Shown here: one piece after another, positions 22,338-31,551 of the stretch | How positions within the stretch are numbered: the first letter of the stretch is position 1 | Layout: each line of letters begins with the position of its first letter | Assembly (NCBI GenBank): GCA_963768425.1 | Contig: CAVYHV010000006.1 | Coordinates: 256,129 to 320,128, forward strand | Reading direction: 5' to 3' | DNA from: Candidatus Bathyarchaeota archaeon | GTDB lineage: Archaea; Thermoproteota; Bathyarchaeia; Bathyarchaeales; Bathycorpusculaceae | DNA length: 64,000 nt | Translations under genes and position numbers: made by a program | The notes under the pieces: generated by a model | Seen by the model: the letters and a program-made list of their open reading frames with translations, nothing else | Databases searched by the model: none | Told to the model about the DNA's origin: nothing

Positions 22338-23051
22338 ATGACGGTTAAAGCTGTCTTGTTTGACATGTTCGATACGCTGATGTTGATCAAAAAGAACCAC
22401 GATTTCTATAGTCCATCTATGATGCATATGTACACTTTTCTGGTCGAAAACGGCGTCAACGTGCCGTTGGAAAGGTTTCAAGATGCGTTCAGTAAAGCCC
22501 GAGATGAACTTTATGCGAAGGCTGACCCGAACCTTGAGGAGCCGCATTTCAACATTCGAATTGCATTGACATTAAAAAAGCTTGGTTACAGCTTTGACTC
22601 CTCTAGCTCCCTTGTTTTGTCTGCCAGCTCCGTGTTCTGTGAGGAATTTATGAATCACGTTTACCTGGACAATGACGCTGAACCCCTGCTACGTAACCTG
22701 TATGGCAAGTACAAGCTGGGAATAGTTTCGAACTATGTTATCCCCGAATGCGTCGATAGACTGCTAAAAAAACACGGATTGGGCAATCTTTTTGATGTGG
22801 TCGTAGTGTCGGGAGCTGTTAACAAGCGTAAACCCAGCCCAGAAATCTTCAAACAAGCCCTAAATGCCTTAGGTGTCTCCACGGCTGAAGCGGTTTTCGT
22901 CGGGGATACCCTTGATGCAGACATCGCTGGCCCCAAAGCAGTCGGCATGAAAACAGTTTACATCAAGAGACGCGAAGAAAAGCGAATTGAAAACGTTGTT
23001 CCAGACGAAACAATTAACAGTTTAACTGAACTCCCCCTGATACTTGAGTAG
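22338..23051 (+). CDS. HAD-superfamily hydrolase
   Basis: FDMFDTL, VSN, KPSPEIF, VGDTLDAD. Confidence 0.92.
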   Translation: MTVKAVLFDMFDTLMLIKKNHDFYSPSMMHMYTFLVENGVNVPLERFQDAFSKARDELYAKADPNLEEPHFNIRIALTLKKLGYSFDSSSSLVLSASSVFCEEFMNHVYLDNDAEPLLRNLYGKYKLGIVSNYVIPECVDRLLKKHGLGNLFDVVVVSGAVNKRKPSPEIFKQALNALGVSTAEAVFVGDTLDADIAGPKAVGMKTVYIKRREEKRIENVVPDETINSLTELPLILE

Positions 23052-23060
23052 GCACGAACG

Positions 23061-23141
23061 AGAGCGACTGAAAAGGTGGGCGGTCTTGTTGATACGAAGT
23101 GATAGGACCGCTTTAAAACCTAATCTTTGGACAGTCGCTCT
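23061..23141. other. Long intergenic hairpin (candidate structured RNA or terminator)
   Basis: AGAGCGACTG 23061-70 pairs with CAGTCGCTCT 23132-41; inner GCGGTCTTGTT 23080-90 pairs with GATAGGACCGC 23101-11. Confidence 0.55.
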
Positions 23142-23259
23142 TATCTTCTTGGCCGCGCCAATAATCGCTTAAGGCAAAGTCAGACAAACAGCGAGATAGA
23201 ACACAAATAATCACATACTTTTTTAAAAATTTGGTAATAAAGAAAGAGGGATTAAGCTC

Positions 23260-23496
23260 TTATTGGTACGGGTCTTTCTTACCAGTCATGTACGCCCATG
23301 CGCCAACTAGCACAACTGTTAGGCATGCACCCGCAAAGCCTGAGATCAAGTAGGTTGTTGCGCCTGCTAAGGATGGCAAAATTGTAATGAGCCATGGAAT
23401 GAAAAAGGTCGCGGTAACTTGAGCTATGATGCCTGCTACGAAGCCTAAAAGAGCTATTAACCCGAATATTTTTAGTCTGTTATTCATTCGATTCAC
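23260..23496 (-). CDS. Small 2-TM membrane protein, divergent from cdv cluster
   Basis: 78 aa with hydrophobic helices; putative RBS GGTGA upstream. Confidence 0.75.
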   Translation of the reverse strand: MNRMNNRLKIFGLIALLGFVAGIIAQVTATFFIPWLITILPSLAGATTYLISGFAGACLTVVLVGAWAYMTGKKDPYQ

Positions 23497-23713
23497 CTTT
23501 TTGTTTTAGCATTACTTTGCCGAGCTTTTTAGTCTAACTTACATATTTCTGTCTAAACAGATTAGTGCTCACATCATCTTTAACTCTTATATCGCAAGCC
23601 CAATGGACATTTTTTCAAGACGTATATCTGTACATATATACGTGCATATTCTCGACATATTAACAATGTATAAGATTATACTCCGCATGTCTCTGTCTGC
23701 AGAGGTAATCAAA

Positions 23714-24373
23714 TTGTCAGAAAACTTCGCAAAAAAGTGGGAAAGCAAGCGGGACGAGACACCCTTCCAAAACCGCATTAAAGATGCAGTGAAGCCGCCG
23801 GGGCCATTGAAGCCACGACTTGACTTCGCAGTCAGACGCATTGACCTTCAAGTTCAGAAGCTTGACCAAGCAACAGACAGGTTCAGCCAAAGAGACAAAG
23901 CAATTTTTGCCCGAATCGTTGACGCCTACGCAAAACATGACAGTGCACGCGCAAACGTCTTCGCTAACGAGTTAGCTGAAGTCCGAAAGATGTCAAAGTT
24001 GATAATGAATGCCAAACTTGCGCTTGAACAAATAACATTACGTTTACGAACAGTATCAGAACTCGGCGACGTTGTTTCAACATTAGGTCCAGCCGTTGGA
24101 GTCCTGCGTTCCGTCAGAGCAGGCTTAGTAAGCGTGTTCCCAGAAGCAGAAAACGAACTGGGCGAGATAGGCAACATGCTAAGTGGAATAATGATTGAAG
24201 CAGGCCAAGGTAGCGGAATGACACTGAACTTTGACACGGTAAACGAGGATGCATCAAAGATACTCACCGAAGCAGCAACAGTTGCAGAGCAAAAGATCAA
24301 AGACAAATTCCCAGATCTGCCACCCGGAATGCCAGCAACCCCACAAACAGAAAAATCAACACAGGGATTCTAA
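23714..24373 (+). CDS. cdvB: ESCRT-III/Snf7 homologue (CdvB1/B2-like)
   Basis: ANELAEVRK, LEQITLRLRTVSELGD core, C-terminal FPDLP (MIM2-like); start TTG 23714 after GAGGT. Confidence 0.9.
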   Translation: MSENFAKKWESKRDETPFQNRIKDAVKPPGPLKPRLDFAVRRIDLQVQKLDQATDRFSQRDKAIFARIVDAYAKHDSARANVFANELAEVRKMSKLIMNAKLALEQITLRLRTVSELGDVVSTLGPAVGVLRSVRAGLVSVFPEAENELGEIGNMLSGIMIEAGQGSGMTLNFDTVNEDASKILTEAATVAEQKIKDKFPDLPPGMPATPQTEKSTQGF

Positions 24374-24393
24374 AAATAGGAGGATAAAACAAA

Positions 24394-25110
24394 ATGTCTA
24401 ACTCCAATCTTTTTCTTTATATTGGTAAACCTGTAAAGAACGAGTATGGCCGAGTAATCGGCAAAATTGCTTCATTCGCACTAACCCCCAGTGGAAAATT
24501 TGATGCTGTTTACGTTGAATTTGGCGATGGCCAATTTACAAAACAGCCCATGGAAAGCTTACGCTTCAATGGCGCTGAAATCACTTATATCACGAAAATC
24601 AAGTCTCAATCAGGTGTCCTATGTGACCACATCCCGTTGATTTGGCGCAAAGACCAAGCTTTGAAAGACCTTCTGGACAAGAAGAAGATCACTCCGGAAG
24701 TATTCCAGGACCTGCACAATAGCTTCACTAACGTTTTGTCTTCGCTTAAAAAAGACGCTCAGGAAATCGTTGACGATGCAACCGTGGAAATCGAACGGTG
24801 CCGAGACGAGATTACTTCTCTAAGCTACGCCATAGCTAACCTGGAGATTGAACATGAAATCGGCAAGGTAGATGAAGAAAACTACAAGTCCGCCTTTGTG
24901 GCGCTTCAGGATGCTCTTAGGCGCGCAACATCAGAGAGAACCGACTATGAGTTGACGAAAAGCAAAATCTCTAGCGTTCTTCTCGGCGACAGCCAAGATG
25001 CATTGCAGAGATCCAAAACCTACGCAGAACAAGTGAATGTTGCGGCTCAGAAATTGCCAGAGCCACCAGTGGTTGTCTACGTTAAAGAAGTAGGGAAAGC
25101 GGGCATCTAA
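24394..25110 (+). CDS. cdvA: Cell division protein CdvA
   Basis: N-terminal PRC barrel (IGKPVKNEYGRVIGKI), coiled coil, C-terminal beta-peptide EPPVVVYV. Confidence 0.88.
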   Translation: MSNSNLFLYIGKPVKNEYGRVIGKIASFALTPSGKFDAVYVEFGDGQFTKQPMESLRFNGAEITYITKIKSQSGVLCDHIPLIWRKDQALKDLLDKKKITPEVFQDLHNSFTNVLSSLKKDAQEIVDDATVEIERCRDEITSLSYAIANLEIEHEIGKVDEENYKSAFVALQDALRRATSERTDYELTKSKISSVLLGDSQDALQRSKTYAEQVNVAAQKLPEPPVVVYVKEVGKAGI

Positions 25111-25123
25111 ACGACAACGATTA

Positions 25124-26050
25124 GTGGAGACGCGACGCCGGAGGGATAAAGGCATCAAAGTTTTAAGCAACCCTACCCCTCCGCCTATCCGTGAAGTCGC
25201 TACAAAATCAATCACCACCCTAAAAATTCAGCAAGGCAAACTAGAACAGGCCAGTTTCCGCCTTAAAGAACGAGACCGCCTACTTTTTGAGTCGTGCATG
25301 GGCGCGCTGAAAAAAAATAATCGTGAAAAAGCAGCAATATGTGCGACTGAACTGTCTGAAGTAAGAAAACTAGTAAAGTTTCTCTACAACGTACAATTAG
25401 CTATTGAAAGAGTCATTATGCGCCTGGAAACAATTAGGGAACTTGGCGACATTGTTAATGACTTAAAGCCTGCCCTGCGTTTGCTGCAAGGCGTTTCCCA
25501 AGAGCTGTTCCAAGTTCTCCCTGATGTCAGCTCCGAGCTTGACAGCGTAAACACCGCAATACAGGACACGTTGCATGCAGCAAAAATCACGACTGACGAA
25601 AACGTGATTCCAGTTGGAAAGAAAACCGAGGGAGGCGAAGAAATCCTCAAAGAAGTCACATCGTTCATGCAGCAGAAAATATCTGAAACTCTGCCTGAAC
25701 CTCCGATTGGAGCCCCACAGATAAAGGAGAAAACACCCATTAGGGAAATGGTTGCCCTCACCGCAACTTCCTCGCAGATGATCGGGCATAAAACCACTGA
25801 GGAAACTGGGTTCGATCCCGTGAAGTCTTTGTTCTCCTACAAAAAGCAGGAGATAAAGGAGTTCTCTCTGAAGGTTTCGAACCAATCGTTGGAAGACGTC
25901 CTCATGGAGTATGTCCGCAAAACCAATGGGGAGATCGATCTTGGTCGGTGTTCAACTGAACTTCAAACTTCAAATGAAGAAATAGAGCGTGCCCTCGAAA
26001 GTTTGGGAACAAAGGGCAAAATAAAAATTGAGTTAAAATCGCCAGAGTGA
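25124..26050 (+). CDS. cdvB: ESCRT-III CdvB with C-terminal winged-helix domain
   Basis: Snf7 core (ELSEVRK, IERVIMRLETIRELGD), LPEPP MIM2-like motif, C-terminal wH (EDVLMEYVRKTNGEID...GKIKIE). Confidence 0.9.
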   Translation: METRRRRDKGIKVLSNPTPPPIREVATKSITTLKIQQGKLEQASFRLKERDRLLFESCMGALKKNNREKAAICATELSEVRKLVKFLYNVQLAIERVIMRLETIRELGDIVNDLKPALRLLQGVSQELFQVLPDVSSELDSVNTAIQDTLHAAKITTDENVIPVGKKTEGGEEILKEVTSFMQQKISETLPEPPIGAPQIKEKTPIREMVALTATSSQMIGHKTTEETGFDPVKSLFSYKKQEIKEFSLKVSNQSLEDVLMEYVRKTNGEIDLGRCSTELQTSNEEIERALESLGTKGKIKIELKSPE

Positions 26051-26076
26051 GAGAAAGGAGAAGGAGAGAGACATAA

Positions 26077-27258
26077 ATGAGCGCTTCAAACGAACTTGAA
26101 AAAGCAGCAACAGCGTACGCCTTAGACGCCGTACGTTTAGATAAGCAAGGGCAAAAGGGAAGAGCCATAACACTTTATCAAAAAGCGATAGAAGCCTTAT
26201 TGCAGCTTGTCCAGCTTTACCCAGAATACGGCTTAAACAAAGTCTACGTCCAGCGAGCAATTGCTTACCAGGAAAGAATCAAAGCATTGCAAGGCGCTGT
26301 TTCCTCAGCTGAAATGAACGAGGCAAGCAACAACGACGCGGAAGGCGGAGGAGCTACAATGGATGCAAACGGCGGCGGAGTTCCTAAACCCAACGAAGAA
26401 CTTGTCCTCACAGAGAAACCCAAAGTTAACTGGGACGAAGTCGTGGGCTTAGATGTAGCCAAAAAAGCCGTCAAAGAAGCCATAGTTTATCCCGTTCAAA
26501 GACCCGACTTGTTCCCACTTGGTTGGCCACGAGGCATACTGCTTTTCGGTCCACCAGGCTGCGGTAAAACCCTTCTGGCAGCGGCGGTTGCAACAGAGAT
26601 CGATGCTAACTTCTATTCGATAGACGCAGCATCAATCATGTCCAAATGGCTTGGAGAAGCAGAACAAAACGTGGCCAAGCTTTTCGGGACAGCCCGTAAA
26701 TCGGCAACCGACGGTAGACCAGCTATAGTGTTCGTTGACGAGTTAGACTCGTTAATGGGAGCGCATACCAATGAAGTAGGTGGAGAAATACGTGTCCGCA
26801 ACCAGTTCCTCAAAGAGATGGACGGCATAGTTGACAAAGGCAAAAACCTGCATGTCTACGTCATCGGCGCAACGAACAAGCCTTGGGATTTGGACTGGGC
26901 GTTCATCAGACGATTCCAGAAGAGAATTCTTGTTCCCCTGGCAGACCACTCCACTAGGCTTAACATGTTTAAAGTTTACTCGGCTACTCTGGTGATATCT
27001 TCCGACGTAGACCTTGATGAGTTGGCGCGGATTTCCGAAGGCTTCTCAGGAAGCGACATACGGGACGTTTGCCAATCAGCACAGCTGAAACTGATTGGGG
27101 AATTCTTCGAGTCAGGCAAAGCAATGGACAGAGCAGCTACACCGAGACCTCTAACGATGGCTGACTTCCGACAGATCCTTGAAGAGCGCAAACCAAGTGT
27201 CTCCCTTGACATGTTGACGGCTTACAACCGTTGGTTTGAGGCTTTCAAAGCACTTTAA
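26077..27258 (+). CDS. cdvC: Vps4-like AAA ATPase CdvC
   Basis: N-terminal MIT domain; GPPGCGKT, SKWLGE, FVDELD, ATNKPWDLD, RRF. Confidence 0.95.
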   Translation: MSASNELEKAATAYALDAVRLDKQGQKGRAITLYQKAIEALLQLVQLYPEYGLNKVYVQRAIAYQERIKALQGAVSSAEMNEASNNDAEGGGATMDANGGGVPKPNEELVLTEKPKVNWDEVVGLDVAKKAVKEAIVYPVQRPDLFPLGWPRGILLFGPPGCGKTLLAAAVATEIDANFYSIDAASIMSKWLGEAEQNVAKLFGTARKSATDGRPAIVFVDELDSLMGAHTNEVGGEIRVRNQFLKEMDGIVDKGKNLHVYVIGATNKPWDLDWAFIRRFQKRILVPLADHSTRLNMFKVYSATLVISSDVDLDELARISEGFSGSDIRDVCQSAQLKLIGEFFESGKAMDRAATPRPLTMADFRQILEERKPSVSLDMLTAYNRWFEAFKAL

Positions 27259-27284
27259 TGGAGGGCAAAGACAAAACCGAAAAA

Positions 27285-27370
27285 TGGGTTGGGTGGAAAG
27301 GTTTGGAGACTTATGTTTTTTGCACGCTCTCCCTTCTCCCCCTCAAATTATCTCCAAACCCCACAACCCA
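27285..27370. other. Long hairpin immediately 3' of cdvC
   Basis: GGTTTGGAGA 27300-09 pairs with TCTCCAAACC 27351-60; TGGGTTG 27285-91 pairs with CAACCCA 27364-70. Confidence 0.55.
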
Positions 27371-27400
27371 ATAACGATACTCTAATCCGGAGCTGAAGCC

Positions 27401-27541
27401 TTGGAGAACAATAATAACTTTGACTTTAAGCTTTTCCAAGGGGATTGCCTCGAAACATGCGACAGGCTCGAACCCAAAACCGTTACTCTGATTTACATGG
27501 ACCCTCCATTCTTTACTGGGCGTCTAAACTTAAAAATCTAG
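27401..27541 (+). pseudogene. N-terminal stub of a beta-class N6A/N4C DNA methyltransferase
   Basis: Translates MENNNNFDFKLFQGDCLETCDRLEPKTVTLIYMDPPFFTGRLNLKI*: GDCLE and LIYMDPPF (motif IV), then stops. Confidence 0.75.
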
Positions 27542-27660
27542 CAATCTGCCAAGAAACCCTTTTTTAGTCTTCAAACCCTAAGTTTTCATCTTAGCGCAGC
27601 CTTAATTTTTTCCGCAAGCACAGTCAATGTTAAATATTTCTTGCACACAGTGGTTTCTCT

Positions 27661-28515
27661 ATGAGCTTCAAATCTCAATCGGGTCCTCGTCGAAGTGCTG
27701 TGCGCCGTCAAGTCTCGAAGTCCGAGCATGAAAAGAAGACAAAAGAGAAGAAGCAGCGGGCTGCTGCCGGAAAGTATTTGGAAGAAGAAACGCCAGTTTC
27801 AGGGAAAGACATTGTTGACAAAACGTTAGGCAGCTTAACTCGGCTGGGCAATCAGATTTTTGCTCTTTCACCCTTCAGCCAATACTTTGACCCATGGCTT
27901 GTAAACCTGCGACAAATCACCTTAGGATTTGAATCGAGTCCCGCCATAAAAGTAGACGAACAATTTGTCAAGGAACGCACACAGATTTTCCTCGACGTCG
28001 AAGGTGCACTCGCCGAAAAAAGAATCCAGGAGTCAAGTCTCGACGGAGAAGCCAAAGAATTGGCTGATAACAACCATCTTCTTGTTGAAACTGATAAAGA
28101 GTACGCTGAGAAAACACGGCAGCTTAGCTTCAAACGAAACGCGGACGTTCAACGTTTAAGCACAGAGATCCGCGAGTTAGAAGACGACGTCGCAAGTCAA
28201 GAACAAATTAAGTTCAGCTTCTACAAATTCAACGCCAAAAGAAAAGCGGCGGAAAACCTCGCAAACATACGGCAGGCGCTGAAAGCTAAAAAAGCAGAGT
28301 TGGAAGTGACACTTTCAAGCTTTACAGCTGACCAGGAGAAACTGCATGACAACTACGAGAAGATAAAGCAGGAAATCACAGACAAAATCGAGAGCCTACA
28401 TAAGACGCTTGAAAAACTCGAAACCGACATCTCGGTTGAACCCCGGAAGGTAGCATGCAACGCATTGGTAAATGCAGTAAATGCTCTTCAACAAAGAAAT
28501 CCCAGCAGCGCCTGA
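27661..28515 (+). CDS. Uncharacterised long coiled-coil protein
   Basis: 284 aa, basic N-terminal tail, extended heptad-rich helices. Confidence 0.8.
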   Translation: MSFKSQSGPRRSAVRRQVSKSEHEKKTKEKKQRAAAGKYLEEETPVSGKDIVDKTLGSLTRLGNQIFALSPFSQYFDPWLVNLRQITLGFESSPAIKVDEQFVKERTQIFLDVEGALAEKRIQESSLDGEAKELADNNHLLVETDKEYAEKTRQLSFKRNADVQRLSTEIRELEDDVASQEQIKFSFYKFNAKRKAAENLANIRQALKAKKAELEVTLSSFTADQEKLHDNYEKIKQEITDKIESLHKTLEKLETDISVEPRKVACNALVNAVNALQQRNPSSA

Positions 28516-28561
28516 AATAGAGTAACCCATTAGAGAGACGGCAAAGAAGCCGAACTCTCAG

Positions 28562-28783
28562 TTAGCTTTTAAGCGGATTTACGTTTAGCTGCGGGGTTGA
28601 TTTCTCTTGCCCCATAATGGTTTTAAGAGTTTTAGCTTCTTCGCGTAGAGAAGCAACCTCAGCTTCCAGTAAGGAATATTTTGCTTCAGCCATTTTCTTT
28701 AATTCGTCAATTTCGGCAACAAGGCTCTTTTTTTCAGCTTCTAGAATCTTAATTTTCTCAATCGTATTTTGCAAGTTACTCAT
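28562..28783 (-). CDS. Small coiled-coil protein
   Basis: 73 aa continuous heptad pattern (LEAEKKSLVAEIDELKK...LEAEVASLREE). Confidence 0.75.
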   Translation of the reverse strand: MSNLQNTIEKIKILEAEKKSLVAEIDELKKMAEAKYSLLEAEVASLREEAKTLKTIMGQEKSTPQLNVNPLKS

Positions 28784-29010
28784 TCCTATTACCCCCTATA
28801 AATTGCTCTTTCAACAATTAAGACTTTTGCAAAACCATAATTTCACGCACGAAAAAGAAGAAAAGTACAATGGAAAACAATAACAAAAACAAATCAAAAT
28901 TGTTTTTTCAAAGCAGAAAAATAATCCGTGACCTAAATAATGTAGTTTTTATATAGGAATTCGCTGATTAAACATACCGCTTATCATTCATATTGTTGGA
29001 TTGTGTCTGG

Positions 29011-30358
29011 ATGAGGAAGACCGTATTTAAGAAGCTGGAAGCACAAGGGCTAATCGCCAATTACAACCGTCTAAGAAAGAATTTGCCTCCTAAACTGCCC
29101 GACCGCGCATACATCTGGGATGAAACTTTTCGGGAAGGCATTAAGGCGCCGACGGTTTACTTGACTTATTCAGAGCAGGTGAGACTTGCAAAATTGATGG
29201 ATGAGTCAGGCGTTGCTTTAATCAACGTTGGGTTTCCTGCCTTGTCCGAAGACGAGAAACGTAACGTAAAACGCATCGTAAACGAAAGTTTCAGTAGCGT
29301 TAAGCTTACTGCTTCGGCGGAACCGACCAAAAACAGCATCAACGCCTGTTTGGAGTGTGGAATCAAAGAAATAACAATTGAGACACCTATCAACGGGTTA
29401 AATCTGCAATACAAGCTGAAAATCTCTAAAGCTCAAGCTTTAGATAGGCTTTCCGAAGGCATAGATTATGCGAGGAAACACGGTGCAACCGTGGATTTCG
29501 TGCTTGTGGACGGGACACGAACAACGCTCGAAGATATCTTGGAAGTTTTCGGGGTCGCAGCCAAAACTGGCGCAAAAACATTAGGCATAGCCGACAGCGT
29601 CGGTTTTATTAGGCCCCTCTCGATGCGTTACTTGATGGCTCATATTCGCGACGGGTTACCTGATTCGATACGTAGTAAAATTCCTTTGTCAATTCATTGT
29701 CACAACGACTTTGGCTTAGGCAACAGCAAACACTTTAGCCGCCATGGAGGAAGGCGTCGCGTATTTGCATACTTGCATAGCTGGCTTCGGTGAACGGGCT
29801 GGAATAGCGCCTTTTGAAGAAGTTGTGACAGGTGCGGAACTTCTCTATAATATAGATACTGGAATAGACATGGGTAAGATTTACCGTGTCGCTCAAGCAG
29901 CAGAAAAAGCATTCGCCCTCCCAATCCAATTCCATAAACCCATCATCGGTGAAAACATTTTCACTCATGAGGTAGAGGAAGAAGTAGAAGAAATGATGGC
30001 TCAACCCCTTCTTTATGAGCCCTTCCCACCGGAAATCGTAGGGCGAGAAACTACGATTTTCATAGGTAGAAGCACAGGTCAGACACTGATTCAGAAGCTT
30101 TTGGAAAAAGCTGGAATCCGCGCGTCGCCTCGCCAGATGGATGAGCTTTTCCGGCGCATCAAGGGTCCGCAAGAGAGCCTTGACAAAGGTGAAGCCCAAA
30201 TGACTTTTTACCAGGTGAAACGACTCATGAAAGATCTGCTTAAAGGCTACACGATGGACGAGTTTTGGCGGCTCGTTGAACAAGTAACAAGGCAGAAACC
30301 GAAAATCCCAAAAAACGACAGCAAATCAAATCAAACCGCTGATCAATTAGTATCCTAG
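29011..30358 (+). CDS. LeuA/homocitrate/citramalate synthase-like DRE-TIM enzyme; frameshifted near 29720
   Basis: DETFREG, GFP, ADSVG, HCHNDFGL then (removing one G) ATANTLAA, GFGERAG, HKPIIGENIFTHE. Confidence 0.82.
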
Positions 30359-30483
30359 CTATATCGTAAAACATCGCAAATGGCAGCTGCCTTCCCTTTT
30401 GAGTATTTTTTTCTGGACGAAAATCAAATAAGCCGAAATCTAAAAAGGATTCACTCCGGCAATCTCTTGCCAGTACTGCAGCG

Positions 30484-31494
30484 CTATAAAGAACTCGTAA
30501 ATTGTAGGCTAACAGCCTGTAACTCTGTGTACGTCAGTTTTCTCGGGTAGTTGTAGATGGGTCCACTTGGTTTTTCGTTGTAGAAAGGCCTGTTGCAGTC
30601 TGGGCAGCCTGAAGTCAGAAAGGGTTCACCTGATAAAACCACATTCTCTAACACTTCTTTAGGCATGCCAAAATTCACAATCCTGCCCTCCTTATCAAAA
30701 CTCATGCCGTCAACCTGGGCAATTCCACTTACAATCAGGAATCTTGCAAGCTGCATCCGTCTGTAAGACTCTACCATGGGCGGCGAATTCTTTTCTAGCC
30801 TAGTTCCCCGAATTGGCGTAAAAGCAAAAAGACCAGGTGAAACACCCATGTCAACGCATCGCTGAATAATCTGCACTGCCTCCAGCTCAGTTTCACCTAA
30901 TCCCACAATCAGGTGCGTGCTCACGTTTCCCCTCCCGAAAACCGTCAACGCCTCTGTCAACATTCGAAACTGGTTGTTCCAACTGAAAAAACCATCTGCA
31001 CCCTTTACTTTGTTAAAAATCGTTGCAGACGCGGCGTCCAAAGGTACCCCAAGCCTGTCAACCCCCGCGTTTGCCAAACGCTCAATGTTCGCTTTTTCAA
31101 GAGGCTGGCAGGAAACCGAAACGGGAATTGTCGCTTCTTTCTTTATTTCCCTAACGATGGTTTCCAAGTGATCGAAGACTTCGGGGTAGTTTAGGGCTTG
31201 GATGCAAACCCGCCTGATTTTGCTTTGCTTGAACCCGTTTCCGAGCGCCGATAGTACTTCCTTCATGGGAAAGGTTGGCCATGTAACTCTGGATAACAAC
31301 TCGGCGCTGCCTTTACTGCCTCGGGCTTGGGCGCAGAAGTAGCAGTTAGCCGTGCATTTACCATCCTTATAGGTCATTAGGTACGCCGTCGTTGGTCTAG
31401 CATCTAACTTGCCCTGCAGCAATCCTAGAACTATAGCGGTGCCTGATGAAAGGCGAATTAGGCTGGAGTTTGAATCTACTTTTTGTCCTTGCAA
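30484..31494 (-). CDS. lipS2: Radical SAM protein, archaeal lipoyl synthase component LipS2-like
   Basis: CTANCYFC radical SAM motif; C-terminal TSGCPDCNRP matches the TxGCPxC(N/D)RP signature. Confidence 0.8.
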   Translation of the reverse strand: MQGQKVDSNSSLIRLSSGTAIVLGLLQGKLDARPTTAYLMTYKDGKCTANCYFCAQARGSKGSAELLSRVTWPTFPMKEVLSALGNGFKQSKIRRVCIQALNYPEVFDHLETIVREIKKEATIPVSVSCQPLEKANIERLANAGVDRLGVPLDAASATIFNKVKGADGFFSWNNQFRMLTEALTVFGRGNVSTHLIVGLGETELEAVQIIQRCVDMGVSPGLFAFTPIRGTRLEKNSPPMVESYRRMQLARFLIVSGIAQVDGMSFDKEGRIVNFGMPKEVLENVVLSGEPFLTSGCPDCNRPFYNEKPSGPIYNYPRKLTYTELQAVSLQFTSSL

Positions 31495-31551
31495 TTAGGT
31501 CAAACGGCATGGTGTGAAAAGGTAAGCGGGTGATTTATTGCTAATGGTTTT

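Noticed and set aside
23603-23713. Extended N-terminus of the first ESCRT-III (similar extensions at 7749, 15644, 33651, 37676, 54520)
   Set aside because: Runs through promoter-like or upstream-gene sequence; downstream starts fit RBS/TATA spacing better
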